Shown here piece by piece: positions 1 to 13,060 of a stretch of DNA of 64,000 nt (position 1 is its first letter; each line of letters opens with the position of its first letter). The stretch is taken from the NCBI GenBank assembly GCA_964035545.1, contig OZ037771.1, positions 14,321,133 to 14,385,132 on the forward strand, read 5' to 3'. Origin of the DNA: Bugula neritina (Eukaryota > Animalia > Bryozoa). The position numbers and the translations under genes are program-made. A model generated the notes under the pieces. That model ran no database searches, was not told the origin of the DNA, and saw nothing but the letters and a program-made list of their open reading frames with translations.

Positions 1-1190
1 TTTGGTACCAGAATTAAGGTGGGACTATCACATTAACTTATCGTGATTAACACAGTAGTGACTAAAGCGATTGTTGTCTGTAGTAAGTTTAATTGAATGT
101 GTATTTCATGATGCACCAGTTAAAGTTAAGCTCACAGCAGCATACACCACTCTGTGTGAACCACTTTTAGAGTACATCTGCGGGAATTGGAACCTTGCAC
201 ATCAAACATTATGTAACAGTCTTAAACAAGTGCAAAATAAGGCAGATCGTTTGTACAATGCCTGAAAGGCTGGGATGCCTCAGTAACTCATACAAAGGCT
301 GAGTTGACACTATCGACTTGAAAAAAACTAGAAAACGTTGTAGAATAATTTTATTGTTTAAAGTGTTGCAACATGAATTGTTATTCCTTAACCTGAAACT
401 CTTAATTCTAAAAAATCTATTCGTATTGTCAATTCAAGAAAACAAGACTCTTTCAATTTGTTGACCTGTAATACGAATAAGTCCCTACATAACTTCCTCA
501 TTACAACAGCTCTTCAACTACACCCTAGAAAATTTATAGTAGATTAATAAAAAAAATACATGTAACTCTGATAGCTTTCCATTATCTGTGGTCTTGGTCA
601 TAATAATTATATAATTATTGAATAATAATTCAATATTGAATTATGATAATGATGATCATTATAATATGGTATAATATTATTTATGGTTTGTTTGGATAGA
701 TTTGGGCGAGACTGGCTGTGACTGCAATCATAAGTATAACAGTGTGACATCAGACAGTTTGCTATTTGTTGTAGATAGAATAATGAATTTTTTCAGAAAA
801 GAGCTACAGGAATACATAAATTATTCATAAATCGTTCATATTATATAATCTTTTCAACATTCTGACTCCTTTTTATTTAAAATAACTTCTTACATTTGTT
901 TTGCAAGAATACGATATTTGTAGTCAGATTTTTCGCTCATGCTATACCAATAGGTATAATTCAGTGTAGTATTGCACCATGCTTTAAATAGTTTGCTAAA
1001 AAAATACTTTATGGCATTTACGAAACTATTTCTACAGCAATTTTTGAAAAGTTGCTATGTTTTTGTTGTTCATTAAGAAGAGAAATTCTGATTTTTTTTT
1101 TTGGTTAAAACTCAAGAAGTTATTTTAAGTCACCTGAAAATTTCTAATTTTATTATGTCTTATTATGTTTCAGCCTCTCTTTCTGAATCC

Positions 1191-4100
1191 ATGGAAGGAG
1201 GGATTCGCTCGGCACGAGCAAAGTATGCCTTCAAAGCTACAAACAACGACGAACTTTCCTTCCAGAAAGGTGACACAATTACCCTCACACAGCCGATAGA
1301 TGGGGGCTGGTGGGAAGGCACCCTCAATGGTAAAACCGGATGGTTCCCTAGCAACTATGTAATTGAACTGCAAACAGGTAAGCTCGCCTGTGAATTAATC
1401 TGAATAATTCTATCTAAGACAGCCTTTTAGTATATATTGTGGTTGATTTTTGTTAATTTTATTTATTTTGAAGATGTGTAATATTTGTATCATGGTAAGT
1501 ACACCTTGAAAAACCTTCAAATTTGTTGACTGGAATTAGTTGTGTTGTTAGTTCTCTTGAGCTATCTATTTGCATCTTTGTTAGTTTATCTTCTTTTTTA
1601 TCAATTCTGTTCTGTAAACATTGCAAATTAATTAGAGCCATCAAATGTTAATTTGTGTTATGACTATGTCTGCTGGTGTAGAGTTTGGGGTCTTGGAAAA
1701 CCCCGTATATAATGGGACAACTCTCTATTATCTCATAAATTTTAAAACTTCCCATCTTTTTAGTTCTTGTATTCTTATTTTAGATGAATCTGCTTTATCA
1801 CCATCATCCAATCAGATCAATTCTCTCACAGACATTCCTGTTAAAGAACAGCATCACTTATTGGTTAGTTTTGTGTGCTTGATGTCTTTTCCAGGACATG
1901 TTATAGTACATAGGATATATTTAATATCGTAGTGTAGCAAAATCTCCCAATGTCCTCTGTATCACCCAGCTAATGATAGGTTTAAATTTTAGACATTGAG
2001 AATACTTTCAAACAAGGGAAGATAATAGAAATTATGTCAGCCACCCTTTCTGTAAAGAGAATTGAAAGCATTTCGCAATGTTACAAAATGCTAACCCTGT
2101 ACATTGTTTACTAGTTTGGTATGAAGTAATTAGCACAGCCTACTTTTTATCTCACAGACCTCAGTGGGTGGTCTGATAGAAGCGTTGAACTGCTACTCTG
2201 GTAGAAATATGTTTCAGTAAAGACTTCTAAGTTGCTGAGTCATTGTGATAAGTTATTGTGTTTTTATGACTCATTGTATGCGAGATAAGTCATTTCACTG
2301 CATCATTACCAGGTTAATTTTGTGACACGGTGTGTTCAGATAACAGTGAACCTACCATCTTTAAGTCTATCTGCTAGATATATTTTCCTGTGAGAAGTTT
2401 TAAAAATATACTCTTAAAAGTTGCGTTTGACCTACAAAATAAGGAATACTATTCCACGCTTGTTGCTTACGAATAACACAAGCAGCTGCTATAATATATA
2501 AAGTTGAGTTTCAAACTTGCTACAGCTTTGTTGGTAAGCATTTATATGCTGTTTATAGACCACAGAGTAGGATGTTTACCATCTGGCAGACAGTTAAAGT
2601 TCACGTAGAGTTAGCTGTGCTTTAGCTACTTCATTAGCAGATTTTATATCAATATATCAGTCTACTATATGTAGTGGAACAATGAAATATCAGGCGATGA
2701 AACAATAGCCAAAGAATTCTCTCCACAGCTCCTTGCATCTAATTCTATCTCTTTTAGATGAAGCAGTAAAATATTCAGTCAATCAATCAGATGTGATTTT
2801 TGTCAAGTTGTTTTTTTATTGGTTAAAATTTAGGTTTTATATTCTGTTGACTATGTAATGTGTCAGGGAATATATAACTTCGCTATTACATAAAAAAAAC
2901 CACAGTATTTAAATAAAAAGCATGCTTTTGTCTTGAAACAGGTTCAAATTTAGTTATACCAGATTTTACACAGCTGAAGGTGGCCATTCTATTTTTTAAT
3001 AGAAACATGCTTCTTTAACAAAATTGTCTCTTGTGGTATTATATGTATATGCATATTTATAGGTCACAAAGCACATTGTGGAGAGTGAAGGAGAATATGT
3101 AACTTATAGTATTATATGTATATATATATATGCATATTTATAGGTCACAAAGCACATTGTGGAGAGTGAAGGAGAATAAGTAACTTATAGTATTATATGT
3201 ATATGCATATTTATAGGTCACAAAGCACATTGTGGAGAGTGAAGGAGAATATGTAACAGAACTACAGAATTTCATCAAGCAGTACCTCAAGCCATTACAG
3301 TCAGCTGATATGTGAGTATAACCAGTGGTCTACTTTGTATAGTGTTGGGGGGGAAGTGGGGGGCCCAATACCTGCTGCATATTACTGAAGTGGGTTTCTC
3401 CTGTGTCATGTGTGGATGTAGACTTTCGTCTCCCTGGTAAAGTCTAAAACCGGAAGGACATGTCAAAGTAGACTGTTGTAAGGATGTGTATTGACCAACT
3501 TTACCTGCGGACAGAAAGTGTCTTGTTTCCCTTGTTACCTGCCGTATTTTCCTTGGAAGGAAAAATATAACCCAGGGTTTGGGTAAAGTTAGGGTATTTT
3601 GTCTCTCAATATCGATTAAATTATTTTGGGGTTGTCTTTTCAATACTTACTAGAGTCGTCTTCATGTTAGCAAAGTTAGCCGATACTTTGCTACACGATA
3701 AAAATCTCCTCTGCTTTATTTGCATTTATTATAGTTTTTTCAACTTTATGATCTCTATGGTTGTAGCCGTAGAGATCATGTTGAAGATCAACTGTAGATA
3801 TCAAACTCTCAATAGTGTGTCCAGTTACACCATTTGTATTTTCTAGAATCACGAGTCATGAATACAGTACCTTCTGTGGTAACCTTACAGACCTCGTATC
3901 CTTCCACCAGAGGTTCCTTACTTCTCTAACTGATTGCGGGAGGTCAGTCACCCACCCTTACTGGTATTACATTTAATACAGCATTGATTTTATATTATAT
4001 ACTGCGTTTCAGTTAGTCCTGGAGTTGTTTTCTCGTGTTTCAGACTTTCCGTCTCTCAGCAGAAGATTGGAGGTCTGTTCCTCAGCCACGCCTCTCAGTT

Positions 4101-7100
4101 GCAGAGTATTTACCACTCCTACGCCTCCAACCACCCACTCTGTGTCTCGCTCGTCTCCCAGTACAAGTGAGTAACAGGATGTGATGTCATAAGTCTTATG
4201 ACATAACATGACATAGCCTATTAGTTGTCCATCTAGTTTCCAGTTATTTATGGTTGTGTTATTAGTATTTCTAATTGAAGGATTTTTAATTTTTACATCA
4301 CATTTGAGTTACCACTTGGTTTCAGTAACTTATCTCTCTGCGATGTAATAAATATGTTGTGGTTTTTACTAGGGAGAAGTTGTCTTCTTTCGTGGAGTCA
4401 CACGGGGCGACAACTCCCGGACACCAGGTGCTGATATCTCACTTCAGCGCTCCTTTTCGCAGACTAGACAAGTACCCGGCTTTGCTTAAGGAGTTGGAGA
4501 GACACATAGACGTGAGTTGTGCTGTCACTCGTGTAGTTTACTCGAGCTTGAGGGTCTGGATGGTTTGTGAATGAAATGCGATTTGCTGGGAAGTAAATCA
4601 TACATCTATTTTTTTCCTCACCTATTCTATTCTCACCTATCTCCGCTTTGTCCTGGTAATATTCAAGTGGAAACATTAAAGGAGAGGAGGAAGTAAACAA
4701 CATTGGGGGGGGAGAAATGGAGGTAGACACATTGCCGGAAGTAGACACATTGCCGGAAGTAGACACATTGCCGGAAGTAGACACATTGCGGGCTAGGGGG
4801 GGGGGGGTAGGCGCCCTCTACCCTCCTTGTACTAAGCTGTGTTGTTTTAGGATGCTCACATAGACAGAGGGGACACCCAAAGGGCCATACATGTTTACAG
4901 AGAGCTGCACGCAGTTGCCGTAGATACGAGGAAAGACAAAGAAATGGAGCTTGAGGTCCTTTCTGCTGACATCAAAAGCTGGGAAGGGGAGGTGAATGAC
5001 CACCCATATAATTTCATTGTACAATACGCTAACTATATTGCTCATGTTTATTTCATTGTGAACCTGTTTTTTATTATTTTTCAATTTGTAAAATATTTAA
5101 TCTGTTGATTGTCATTCAGTAAATATAAATTTACTTTGCCTCTGGAACCCTGATATATAAGTAAGTTTACTTCATTCAATAAATATATTGCAAAGTTTTC
5201 CCTTTATAATTATTTATTCAGAGTTGTCTTCTTCTTAGAGCTAGAAAACATGGCAAAGTGTCGTTGTAATGATTGATGTCTTCTTGCAGGACCTGCTGAG
5301 TCTCGGAGATGTGAAGTTATCTGCTCATGTTAAAATACACTCTGAAGAAAATAGCACCACCAGTGATAGGATTATACTCATGTTCCCGGCCTGTATTCTC
5401 ATGGTCTCTGTGTCCACTAGACAGAGCTACTGTTACCAGGTAATATTCTCACTGAAGTATAGTGTTACATGGTAACATCTACTCACTGAAGTATAGTGTT
5501 ACATGGTAACATCTACTCGCTGAAGTATAGTGTTACATGGTAACATCTACTCACAGAAGTACTGCTTCTAAGTAACATCATACGATAGAACTATTGTTAC
5601 CAAACAATACTGTTGTCTGCTACTTTTGTGTGACAATACTAATGCACTATAAACTATGGTACACTAAGTACACTATCACTAAAATATATATTAGATTATA
5701 ATGCTATTGCACTGTAACACAGTGGATACATCGGATAAATAGGTGACAGTGAGCGTAAGGTGATTGTTGCTAGCTAATTCCACCAGCAAACTTGTCAACG
5801 TGAACAAGCACTTGTGGTTTCGTTCTACTTTTGAGCAAATATTTTCATAAGAATGTTATGCAGTGACAATTTTGGCAGATATTAAAATTCATGAATTATT
5901 AGGTATGCGCTGTCCTTGTACTTGTGAGTGATGTGTTGGCATTGTGTAAAAGCTTTTAATCTCTGACAAGGTTGCAACATTGTGTTAGGTCATGTTCACA
6001 CTGAGTTATGTCATGTTCACACTGAGTTATGTCATGCTCACACTGGGTTACGTAGGTCACGTTCACACTGACTTAGGTCATGTTCACACTGAGTTAAGTC
6101 ATGTTCACACTGAGTAAGGCCACCTTCACACTGGTTTTGTTATGCAGGGGAAGCTGATGTTGGGTGGATTGAAAGTGACGCAGTTGGAAGACACAGAGAA
6201 TTATTCTAACGCTCTACAACTCTCAGGTATTTTGCAATGCCATCTTTTGGCACATCACAGCATTGATCTCAAGTCTTTGAAGAATTTTATTTTCTATCAC
6301 TAATATTTCAATTTCCATTTTAGTTTACTTAATGGTAGGTTTTTGAGCTAATGATGTCATCCATTTTACAAAATATCTGAATTTTTCTACTTTATAGCTT
6401 TAGATTTATAAATGTTAGTTTAAGTATTGCTTTTTTCAGGTACAATGATTGAAGAACTGATCATAGCCTTTAACTCTAAGTCTAAGCAGATGTCGTGGTT
6501 TGATTACATAACGAAAATCTCTTCACAACAGAATGAAGAGGTTGAAATAGTCAGCAAACCAAAGTCAGTGACGTCATCCACCATGCCCCCTCAGGTATAC
6601 TCTACTCTACACTCCTTTACATATACTTTACTCTATGCCCCCTCAGGTATACTGTACTCTACACTCCTTTACATAATATGCTTTACTCTATGCCCCCTCA
6701 GGTATACTCTACTCTACACTCCTTTACATATGCTTTACTCTATGCCCCCTTAAAGTATACTTTATGTTCCCTAAGGTATACTTTAACCATGCCCCCTCAA
6801 GTATACTTTACTTTACACTCCTTTAAGAATATATTAGACCATGCCCCTTCAGGTTTACTTTATTCCCCCTCAGGTTTACTTTACTCAACACTTATTTCAC
6901 TCTAATGTACTTGTATCGATTTATAGCCGGACTCCCCTGCTTCTATACTTTCTATTTTACATCCACCACTGCCTTGAGTGTTTTCAACTCGTCTAAATAA
7001 TCACTCTATGGTAATACAAAAAAACTGAATTTCTTACGTAACTCTGGAAAATTCCTGCAGCCTTTAGCCCTGCGTAGTGGTAACTGGCTGAATGGTTGAC

Positions 7101-10100
7101 CAACCACATTTTTGGCAAAGAGAAAAATTTTCGAAAATGTTGCAATATTTCAATAGGCTGGTTTGTGTGGGTGGTCCTTAAAATTTTCCTCCTTCACAGG
7201 AAGTTAACAGGTGCTGTGTGTTTACCTGTCAGAGTGTTATTTACCTGGTCGGATAATTAGCACTTTATGTCAACATGACTATTTCTAAAGTTTCGAAAAA
7301 CAATGAAATGTTTGTTGGGGAATCTGCAAGGAAGAAATAGATGCGCTTATCTACACTTCAAATGTGATTCCCATCTCCCAGTTTCTATCTCCCTCTTATC
7401 TCTCCTGGCAAAGAACATTCTGGAACTTTGTTGTCACAGTCTAATGTGTCACAGTCTAATGTGTCACAGTTTGTCTTTTCTCCAGGTGACCAGCAAGGCT
7501 CGGGTGCAGACGATTTCAAACTCGGCCAAGACGGCTCAAGTCATCGACTCTTACGACAGACTCGGTAACTTGTCCGCCATTTTATTTCCTGTTATGTGTT
7601 TGCGTATACCGACATGTATACTACAGTATTGTATACCAACATGTATACTACAGTATTGTATAACAACATGTGTACTACAGTATTGTATACCAACATGTAT
7701 ATTACAGTATTGTATAACAACATGTATACTACAGTATTGTATAACAACATGTGTATTACAGTATTGTATAACAACATGTGTATTACAGTATTGTATATCA
7801 ACACGTATACTACAGTATTGTATATCAACATGTATACTACAGTATTGTATACCAACATGTATACTACAGTATTGTATAACAACATGTATACTACAGTATT
7901 GTATACTGACATGTATACTACAGTATTGTATAACAACATGTGTACTACAGTATTGTATACCAACATGTATACTACAGTATTGTATATCAACATGTATATA
8001 CTATTGCATTCTCTCACCTTAGTGCACCATTGGAGAAGTGTGACAAAGCCTGTGTCTTAGATAAGAATTTCTAGAAAAAAGTCAGTTTTTGTAAGATTTT
8101 TAGCCCAAACTCCAGACTAAAGCTCATGAACATGGTTGAAGAACTTAGTCTATTGATATTTTCAGCAACTCCACCTGGATGAGTCTGTAATATAATAGAA
8201 GGGAGAGTTACAACAGTTGGAGTTATGCTCCCAGAAACAAGTTTGCTGATGTCGTGTTTTCATTCTGTGTATCGGCTACTTTCAGGTTTCAATAGCCCTA
8301 AGATCTGGAGTTTGTCATGTTTGAGACCCCTCCCGCCGTCCCGACCTCAGTTTCTATCCAGAGATGATACTAAAAGCCCAAAACTGCAGCGTAAGGCTAG
8401 CACTCTGGGCCGTCGTAAGAACAGCGGTGAGTTGGCAGAGAGTGGGTGTGGCAGGAAGTAGCCTTAGTGCCAGTCTGTACCTAGCAGAAACCTAGGGCTA
8501 GAGTTTACACACGCTCTATAATGTCACTGTTTATGTCGCTAGATACTAAACTCTTTTGACTAGGAGGTACACGGGAGTTGTGGCCCCTTACACTCATTAG
8601 TAATGGCTGACCTCCATCTTGTTTATAAGATCTCCACACATAGGAAGTGAATTCTTGTCATTTTTCAGCTTTAAGCTCGCTCTGTGTTGTTTATTTGTAA
8701 AGTATGCAGATAATCTCTTGGCAGGAGTTAATGCTGCAGGAAATACTTGGTACTTTGCCCAATGCTACTGTTTGCCATATATGGGCGTTATTTGGCTTTC
8801 TATAATCTATGCTATATACTATATAGTATATAATATACTATATACTGTACTATATACTATACTCTATACTGTGCTATATACGATATGCTATACTGTATAC
8901 TATATATTATACTACACTATACTATAATATACTATACTATATACTATACTATATACTATATGCTACGCTACTCTGGTATAGTAAAGTGTTGAATTGTTGC
9001 AGTCCGAGTGTTATCAGAATCGTCCTTCCTCTACAGGAAAAGTTAGTATGTCAAATGTGTATACTATGCTTTGTTACCCTACAATACTCATGCTGCTGTT
9101 ACCTCACAATACCGGTGCTACTGTTGTATCCTATAATTTATCGATATGGATATAGTTAATCATTATATACAGTGGGTGTCGGATATGGTTTAGCATGTTG
9201 GCTGTAACTGGTGGCTTCCTACAACTTCATGCTCTACGTTACGTAGTGCTCTACGTTACGCCCATTCCTTTGCTATGCCTTGCAATCAGTTTGGTGAAAT
9301 TATGTTATGGTTTCAATGTTTTATTTGTTAAATTTAAGTTCTGTGATTCATTCTGTACAACCATCACTATTTTGTAAGAGGCGACTCCATGGATCAATTG
9401 GATCGATTTAATTTATTGATTTTGGACATTTTAGTTTTTAAAATAGTGAATAAAGTTGCATTATATCTTCATTGAAACTTCAAGTTTTAGAAAACTCTAG
9501 AAATTCTCCTTGTCAACAGTTCCGAAGATTCAGCATGCCTGTTGGCTGCAAATGCTTTTGAAAGATTTATCTCCCCCTGCAACATCCTCGCTCCATTATC
9601 TTATATATAGGCCAGAGGCCTGTAAGTGTAGAGCTCATAATTTGGTTCCCAGTCTTTCCCCTAGTCTGTCTGGAGGGGGGCAGACAGCCGGCTTCTCTTC
9701 TGGGTTATTAAAATTAATATGTTTAATTTAATTATCATTTGGTTTACCACAATCTCAGGTTAAGCAATTTGTACTCATAAATTGGATTTTTTTGTATTAA
9801 TTACTTTAAATTATGCAAGACCTCTGCGCAGCAAACAGCATCCTACCTATACTGTGCGTTTGCTTCTGAAATGATGAAACCATTTTCTTTTAAACTTGCT
9901 GAAGTGGATATGACCAGTTGTGGACCAGTTGGTATATATTACACAGCCGTGCCCTTTTCACATGACCTTTTGTACAATAACATCTCTTTCTAGAGCATTT
10001 CAAATGTTTTTGCAAAGAAATTTGCATACAATTAATCATTTGGACTGATGGAATGGTATTGGACATTGTTGTGAGTTCAACTCACTGTGGTATGTGGTCA

Positions 10101-12660
10101 TGTGACCACAGTCTACACAGAGACTTTCTAAAGGGTAACCTCTAAGCCCACCCTATTGCTCACAGCTTGAGGTGCTGAGGCTGTACATTCTACCTGCTCA
10201 CCTGTATATTCTACCTGTACCTTCGTTCTGGTCAGACAAGTTCTCACACTACAAAGCTAGAACTAGCGCTATCACCCCACGTCACGTATCACCTGCGCTA
10301 CAGAGTGCAATGTCTGTCTGTTATCTCCAGCAGCCTTCCAAAGACCGAAACCTTATCTTTCATATCAGTGCACTGATGAGCTCTACGTGACCTGAATATT
10401 TGAGACGTATATATTGCAGAGTGCTGAGCAACTGCGGGCGTCTGGGTAACGCCCCCAACTTGTGTAAACAATCAGCTGTAAGAACTCATGTTACAGACAC
10501 TTTGTTTATCATTCTGCAATCAGCTGATCTGCTCAGAGTAAATAGCCTCGGTCCAAATCATTCATCTTCATCATACTGGGACGGTCTTCTCACCCCCTTC
10601 CCTCTTCTACTAGTGAAAGTCAATGTTATTATCACTCATTTGTTGTGTTTTTAGCTCAGCTTGTCCGGAATTCTACAATCATTATCTAGTAGAAAGTTCT
10701 GAGTCTATTTTTATAATAATAATTATGTAGATTTTACTTTCAGCACCAAGTTGCAGTGTGCTATTCTATTGCTTAGTTTTAATATTATCTATCTATATTT
10801 TTGTCTTTTATACAGTTGACGACTCAAAAGTGTTACAAGAAGATGCTAAAATCCTAAAAGTTATAGAATGTTACTGTACCAGTGCTAGAGCAAGACACAC
10901 AGTAAATTCCTGTAAGTTATAGAATGTTATTGTACCAGTGTTAGAACAAGTTATAGAACGTACTAGAAGATTTGCTCTTAAAGTGCACCCTTCACCTATC
11001 TGATCATGTTACTTTGTGATTAAGTTGGGAGAGATTTGGCCCACTGCCAACTAGCACACCAGCTGTTAGTTGTACTCTTATCAGTAGCTAAGTTAAGCTG
11101 CTAAGTAATAAAATAAACCGCTCATGCATTCATCAACCATGCAGTACGCCACCATATTTGAAACACGGAGATTCGCTTCTTCTGTTTCTGTAGCCAAAAG
11201 TCCTCTGCGCTTACCTCAGTTGTCAGAGTTTGCTTGTGTGGCCACAGCAGTGTCTACTGCTGCTGCCACACCAAAAACTGCTGACTTTGATGACGATGAA
11301 CCAATCTATGAACTGGCCAGCTGTGAGTGCGCATGCTGTACCATTGACCTATATTTAGGTTGACCTTTGCCCCTCCCAAGCCACCAGACCTGGTAAAGTC
11401 TGTCCATGTTGGGCTGTTTCCATGAAATACATGGTGCCATCTAGAATCTAGATAAACTCTGTGAAGAGCGCTTTCCGTAAAATCTTGTTGTTGAATTCAT
11501 TAACTTTTGCTTAAACTTCATCAACACCGTGTATTTCATGATATAATCCTTCAATCCTTTAATATCGGTTATCAGTCACATATTTGTTAATCATTCTCCA
11601 TTTTAGTTTCCCCCTCCAAGTTGTTTTTCTCAGTTTCTGTTCCACAAAAGTCCTACCAGCAGCTTGCGAATTCCTCAGCTCAATAATCCTTTGATTGTTG
11701 GAATATGTTTCTCATTGTTAGCATACCGTCTTTTTCAGCCATCTTGGATAATCCTAACATGCTCATCGCCGAGGATGAGAAGATAATCTGTGAGATTACA
11801 AAAGATAACCAAACTGTCATAGAAGAAAGGTATGATGTCATCAGTATCTGTGTGCTTGTCAGTGATGTCATCAATACTTGTGTTGATGGTTCACTGATGA
11901 TGTATGCACTATGTGTAGTACTGACATAGTTATATGTTTACAGGTATGATATTTTCTGGTAGCAATGATATTATTAACCTGTCTTAGTTTGATTTCTTTA
12001 TGTCAGCAGATTAGGACTGCAGTGAATAAGCTGTTTAATGAGATTCCTTTCAATGTATAGAACAGGTAGTGGCTGTACTGACTGTTGTGTATATTTAATA
12101 GGAGTTTAGTGGATACAGTCTACATTATTAAAGATCAAATTAGAGATTTGCAACTGGTAAGCCTACATACCTTGTCACCATGGTTACAGTAAACAAACCC
12201 TATACTCAGTCTGATGTGTTATAACCCTAACAGCTGGTAGTTTGTGTTATCCTATATCATAGCAATATTCATTTTCGTGCTTCAATTATGGATGCAAAAT
12301 GACAGTTCAGTGTCCTTCCCATCTTTTTCCCCTTGGCCATTTAGATATGTCTATTTTGAGAACCTGTTGAAGTAAATAATGTTTGAGCATTCATCTGACT
12401 GTACCTAGTTTACCTGGTGTCCAGTTTACCTGGTGTCCAGTTTTCCTGGTGCCTAGTTTACCTGGTACCTCGTCCTCCATACTTGTTTTACCTGGTGAAT
12501 ATTTCTGCAGGATTACGAGAAGTTGAAGAAAGATTTGGAAGACGAGAGAAAAGCCCGGAAGAAGTTGGAATCAACGGTTCAGAAGAACATGCAGTCCTCT
12601 CCTGGTGTCCTTCCAACCGCCAACTTGAATCATAATCATAACAGCGAGGGCAATCCGTAG
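1191..12660 (+). CDS. ARHGEF7: Rho guanine nucleotide exchange factor 7-like (beta-PIX/Cool-1): SH3-DH-PH-GIT-binding-coiled coil; spliced
   Basis: Phase-consistent GT-AG exons: 1191(acceptor 1174)-1377 (SH3, ELSFQKGD..GWWEG..GWFPSNYV), 1784-1863, 3217-3311, 3847-3942, 4044-4166, 4373-4511 (PFRRLDKYPALLKELERH), 4851-4991, 5290-5439, 6148-6226, 6440-6594, 7486-7564, 8286-8426 (WSLSCLRP), 10816-10911 (EDAKILKVIECYCTSA, GIT-binding), 11739-11829, 12102-12156 (SLVDTVY), 12511-12660 (stop TAG). The acceptor at 1173 and an open frame before the ATG allow upstream exons (e.g. a CH domain) outside the window. Confidence 0.93.
3036..3256 (+). repeat. About 73-81 bp x3 tandem duplication containing the PIX exon-3 acceptor plus about 40 nt of exon
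   Basis: gcatatttatag|gtcacaaagcacattgtggagagtgaaggagaata occurs three times (AG ends at 3062, 3143, 3216). Confidence 0.95.
4723..4789. repeat. 18-bp minisatellite x about 3.7 (gaagtagacacattgccg)
   Basis: Direct inspection; intronic, followed by a G-run. Confidence 0.9.
5431..5560 (+). repeat. 34-bp tandem repeat whose first copy contains the PIX donor at 5440
   Basis: tgttaccag|gtaatattctcactgaagtatag, then tgttacatggtaacatctactcactgaagtatag at 5463, 5497 and 5531. Confidence 0.85.
5985..6135. repeat. About 21-bp tandem repeat x7 (gtcatgttcacactgagtta) ending just before acceptor 6147
   Basis: Direct inspection. Confidence 0.85.
6583..6885 (+). repeat. About 52-bp degenerate repeat containing the exon end and donor (atgccccctcag|gtatac)
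   Basis: atgccccctcaggtatac at about 6583, 6634 and 6690, with decayed copies to about 6880. Confidence 0.9.
7607..8000. repeat. 27-bp minisatellite x about 14 (acatgtatactacagtattgtatacca)
   Basis: Source of the repetitive ORFs at 7303-8060. Confidence 0.95.
8810..8970. repeat. (TATAC)n-type microsatellite
   Basis: Direct inspection. Confidence 0.9.
11194..11322 (+). CDS. Candidate symmetric phase-1 cassette exon of the PIX gene (43 codons, ends ...DFDDDEPIYELAS)
   Basis: Acceptor ttctgtttctgtag at 11193, donor t|gtgagt at 11323. 129 nt, open in the frame set by the flanking phase-1 introns. No transcript evidence. Confidence 0.55.
12405..12496. repeat. 16-bp repeat (agtttacctggtgtcc) before the last PIX acceptor
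   Basis: Direct inspection. Confidence 0.8.
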
Positions 12661-13054
12661 TCAGCAGAGGTCATCTAGAGTCAGCAGGGGTCGTCTAGAT
12701 TCAGCAAAACATCAGAGGACTTGGAGAATGTAGTTAATACAGTTACTGCTTTACTTCTTTCTACTCTCTACTGGTCCTAGTAATAGACTATATTTTCCTG
12801 TATTTGCAAGTGATTTTTAACTCCTTTATCGTGTAAACATTTTTTCTTACTACCATTTCGTAGCATTCACCTTATGAGTTATGTCCCCTTACTCTTTCTT
12901 TAATATGGCCCTCACCTTCATTCCAGGCTTTTTTACCAGCAGTTCTTCCTTTTAATTGACCTTTTTTTGTCCAGAAATGTTTTTCAGCAAAATTATTAAC
13001 AACTGTTATTATCGTTTACTATGTGCAAAGCTAAGTTATTGTTGCTCCGAATTC

Positions 13055-13060
13055 AATAAA
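13055..13060 (+). promoter_or_regulatory. Candidate polyadenylation signal of the PIX gene
   Basis: AATAAA about 395 nt after the stop codon; the AT-rich background makes this weak evidence. Confidence 0.4.

Noticed and set aside
1-1173. Upstream PIX exon, promoter or ORF 71-265
   Set aside because: No recognisable domain or well-supported splice pair.
4796-4807. G-runs (also about 3347, 55598 and a C-run at 60685) as G-quadruplex elements
   Set aside because: Short isolated homopolymers with no further support.
7303-8060. Cys/Tyr-rich repetitive ORFs
   Set aside because: They come from a 27-bp intronic minisatellite; only 7486-7564 is a real exon.
10172-10390. Possible alternative terminal PIX exon starting at 10236 (DKFSHYKARTS...)
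   Set aside because: Phase-compatible acceptor, but no recognisable homology or other support, so not called.
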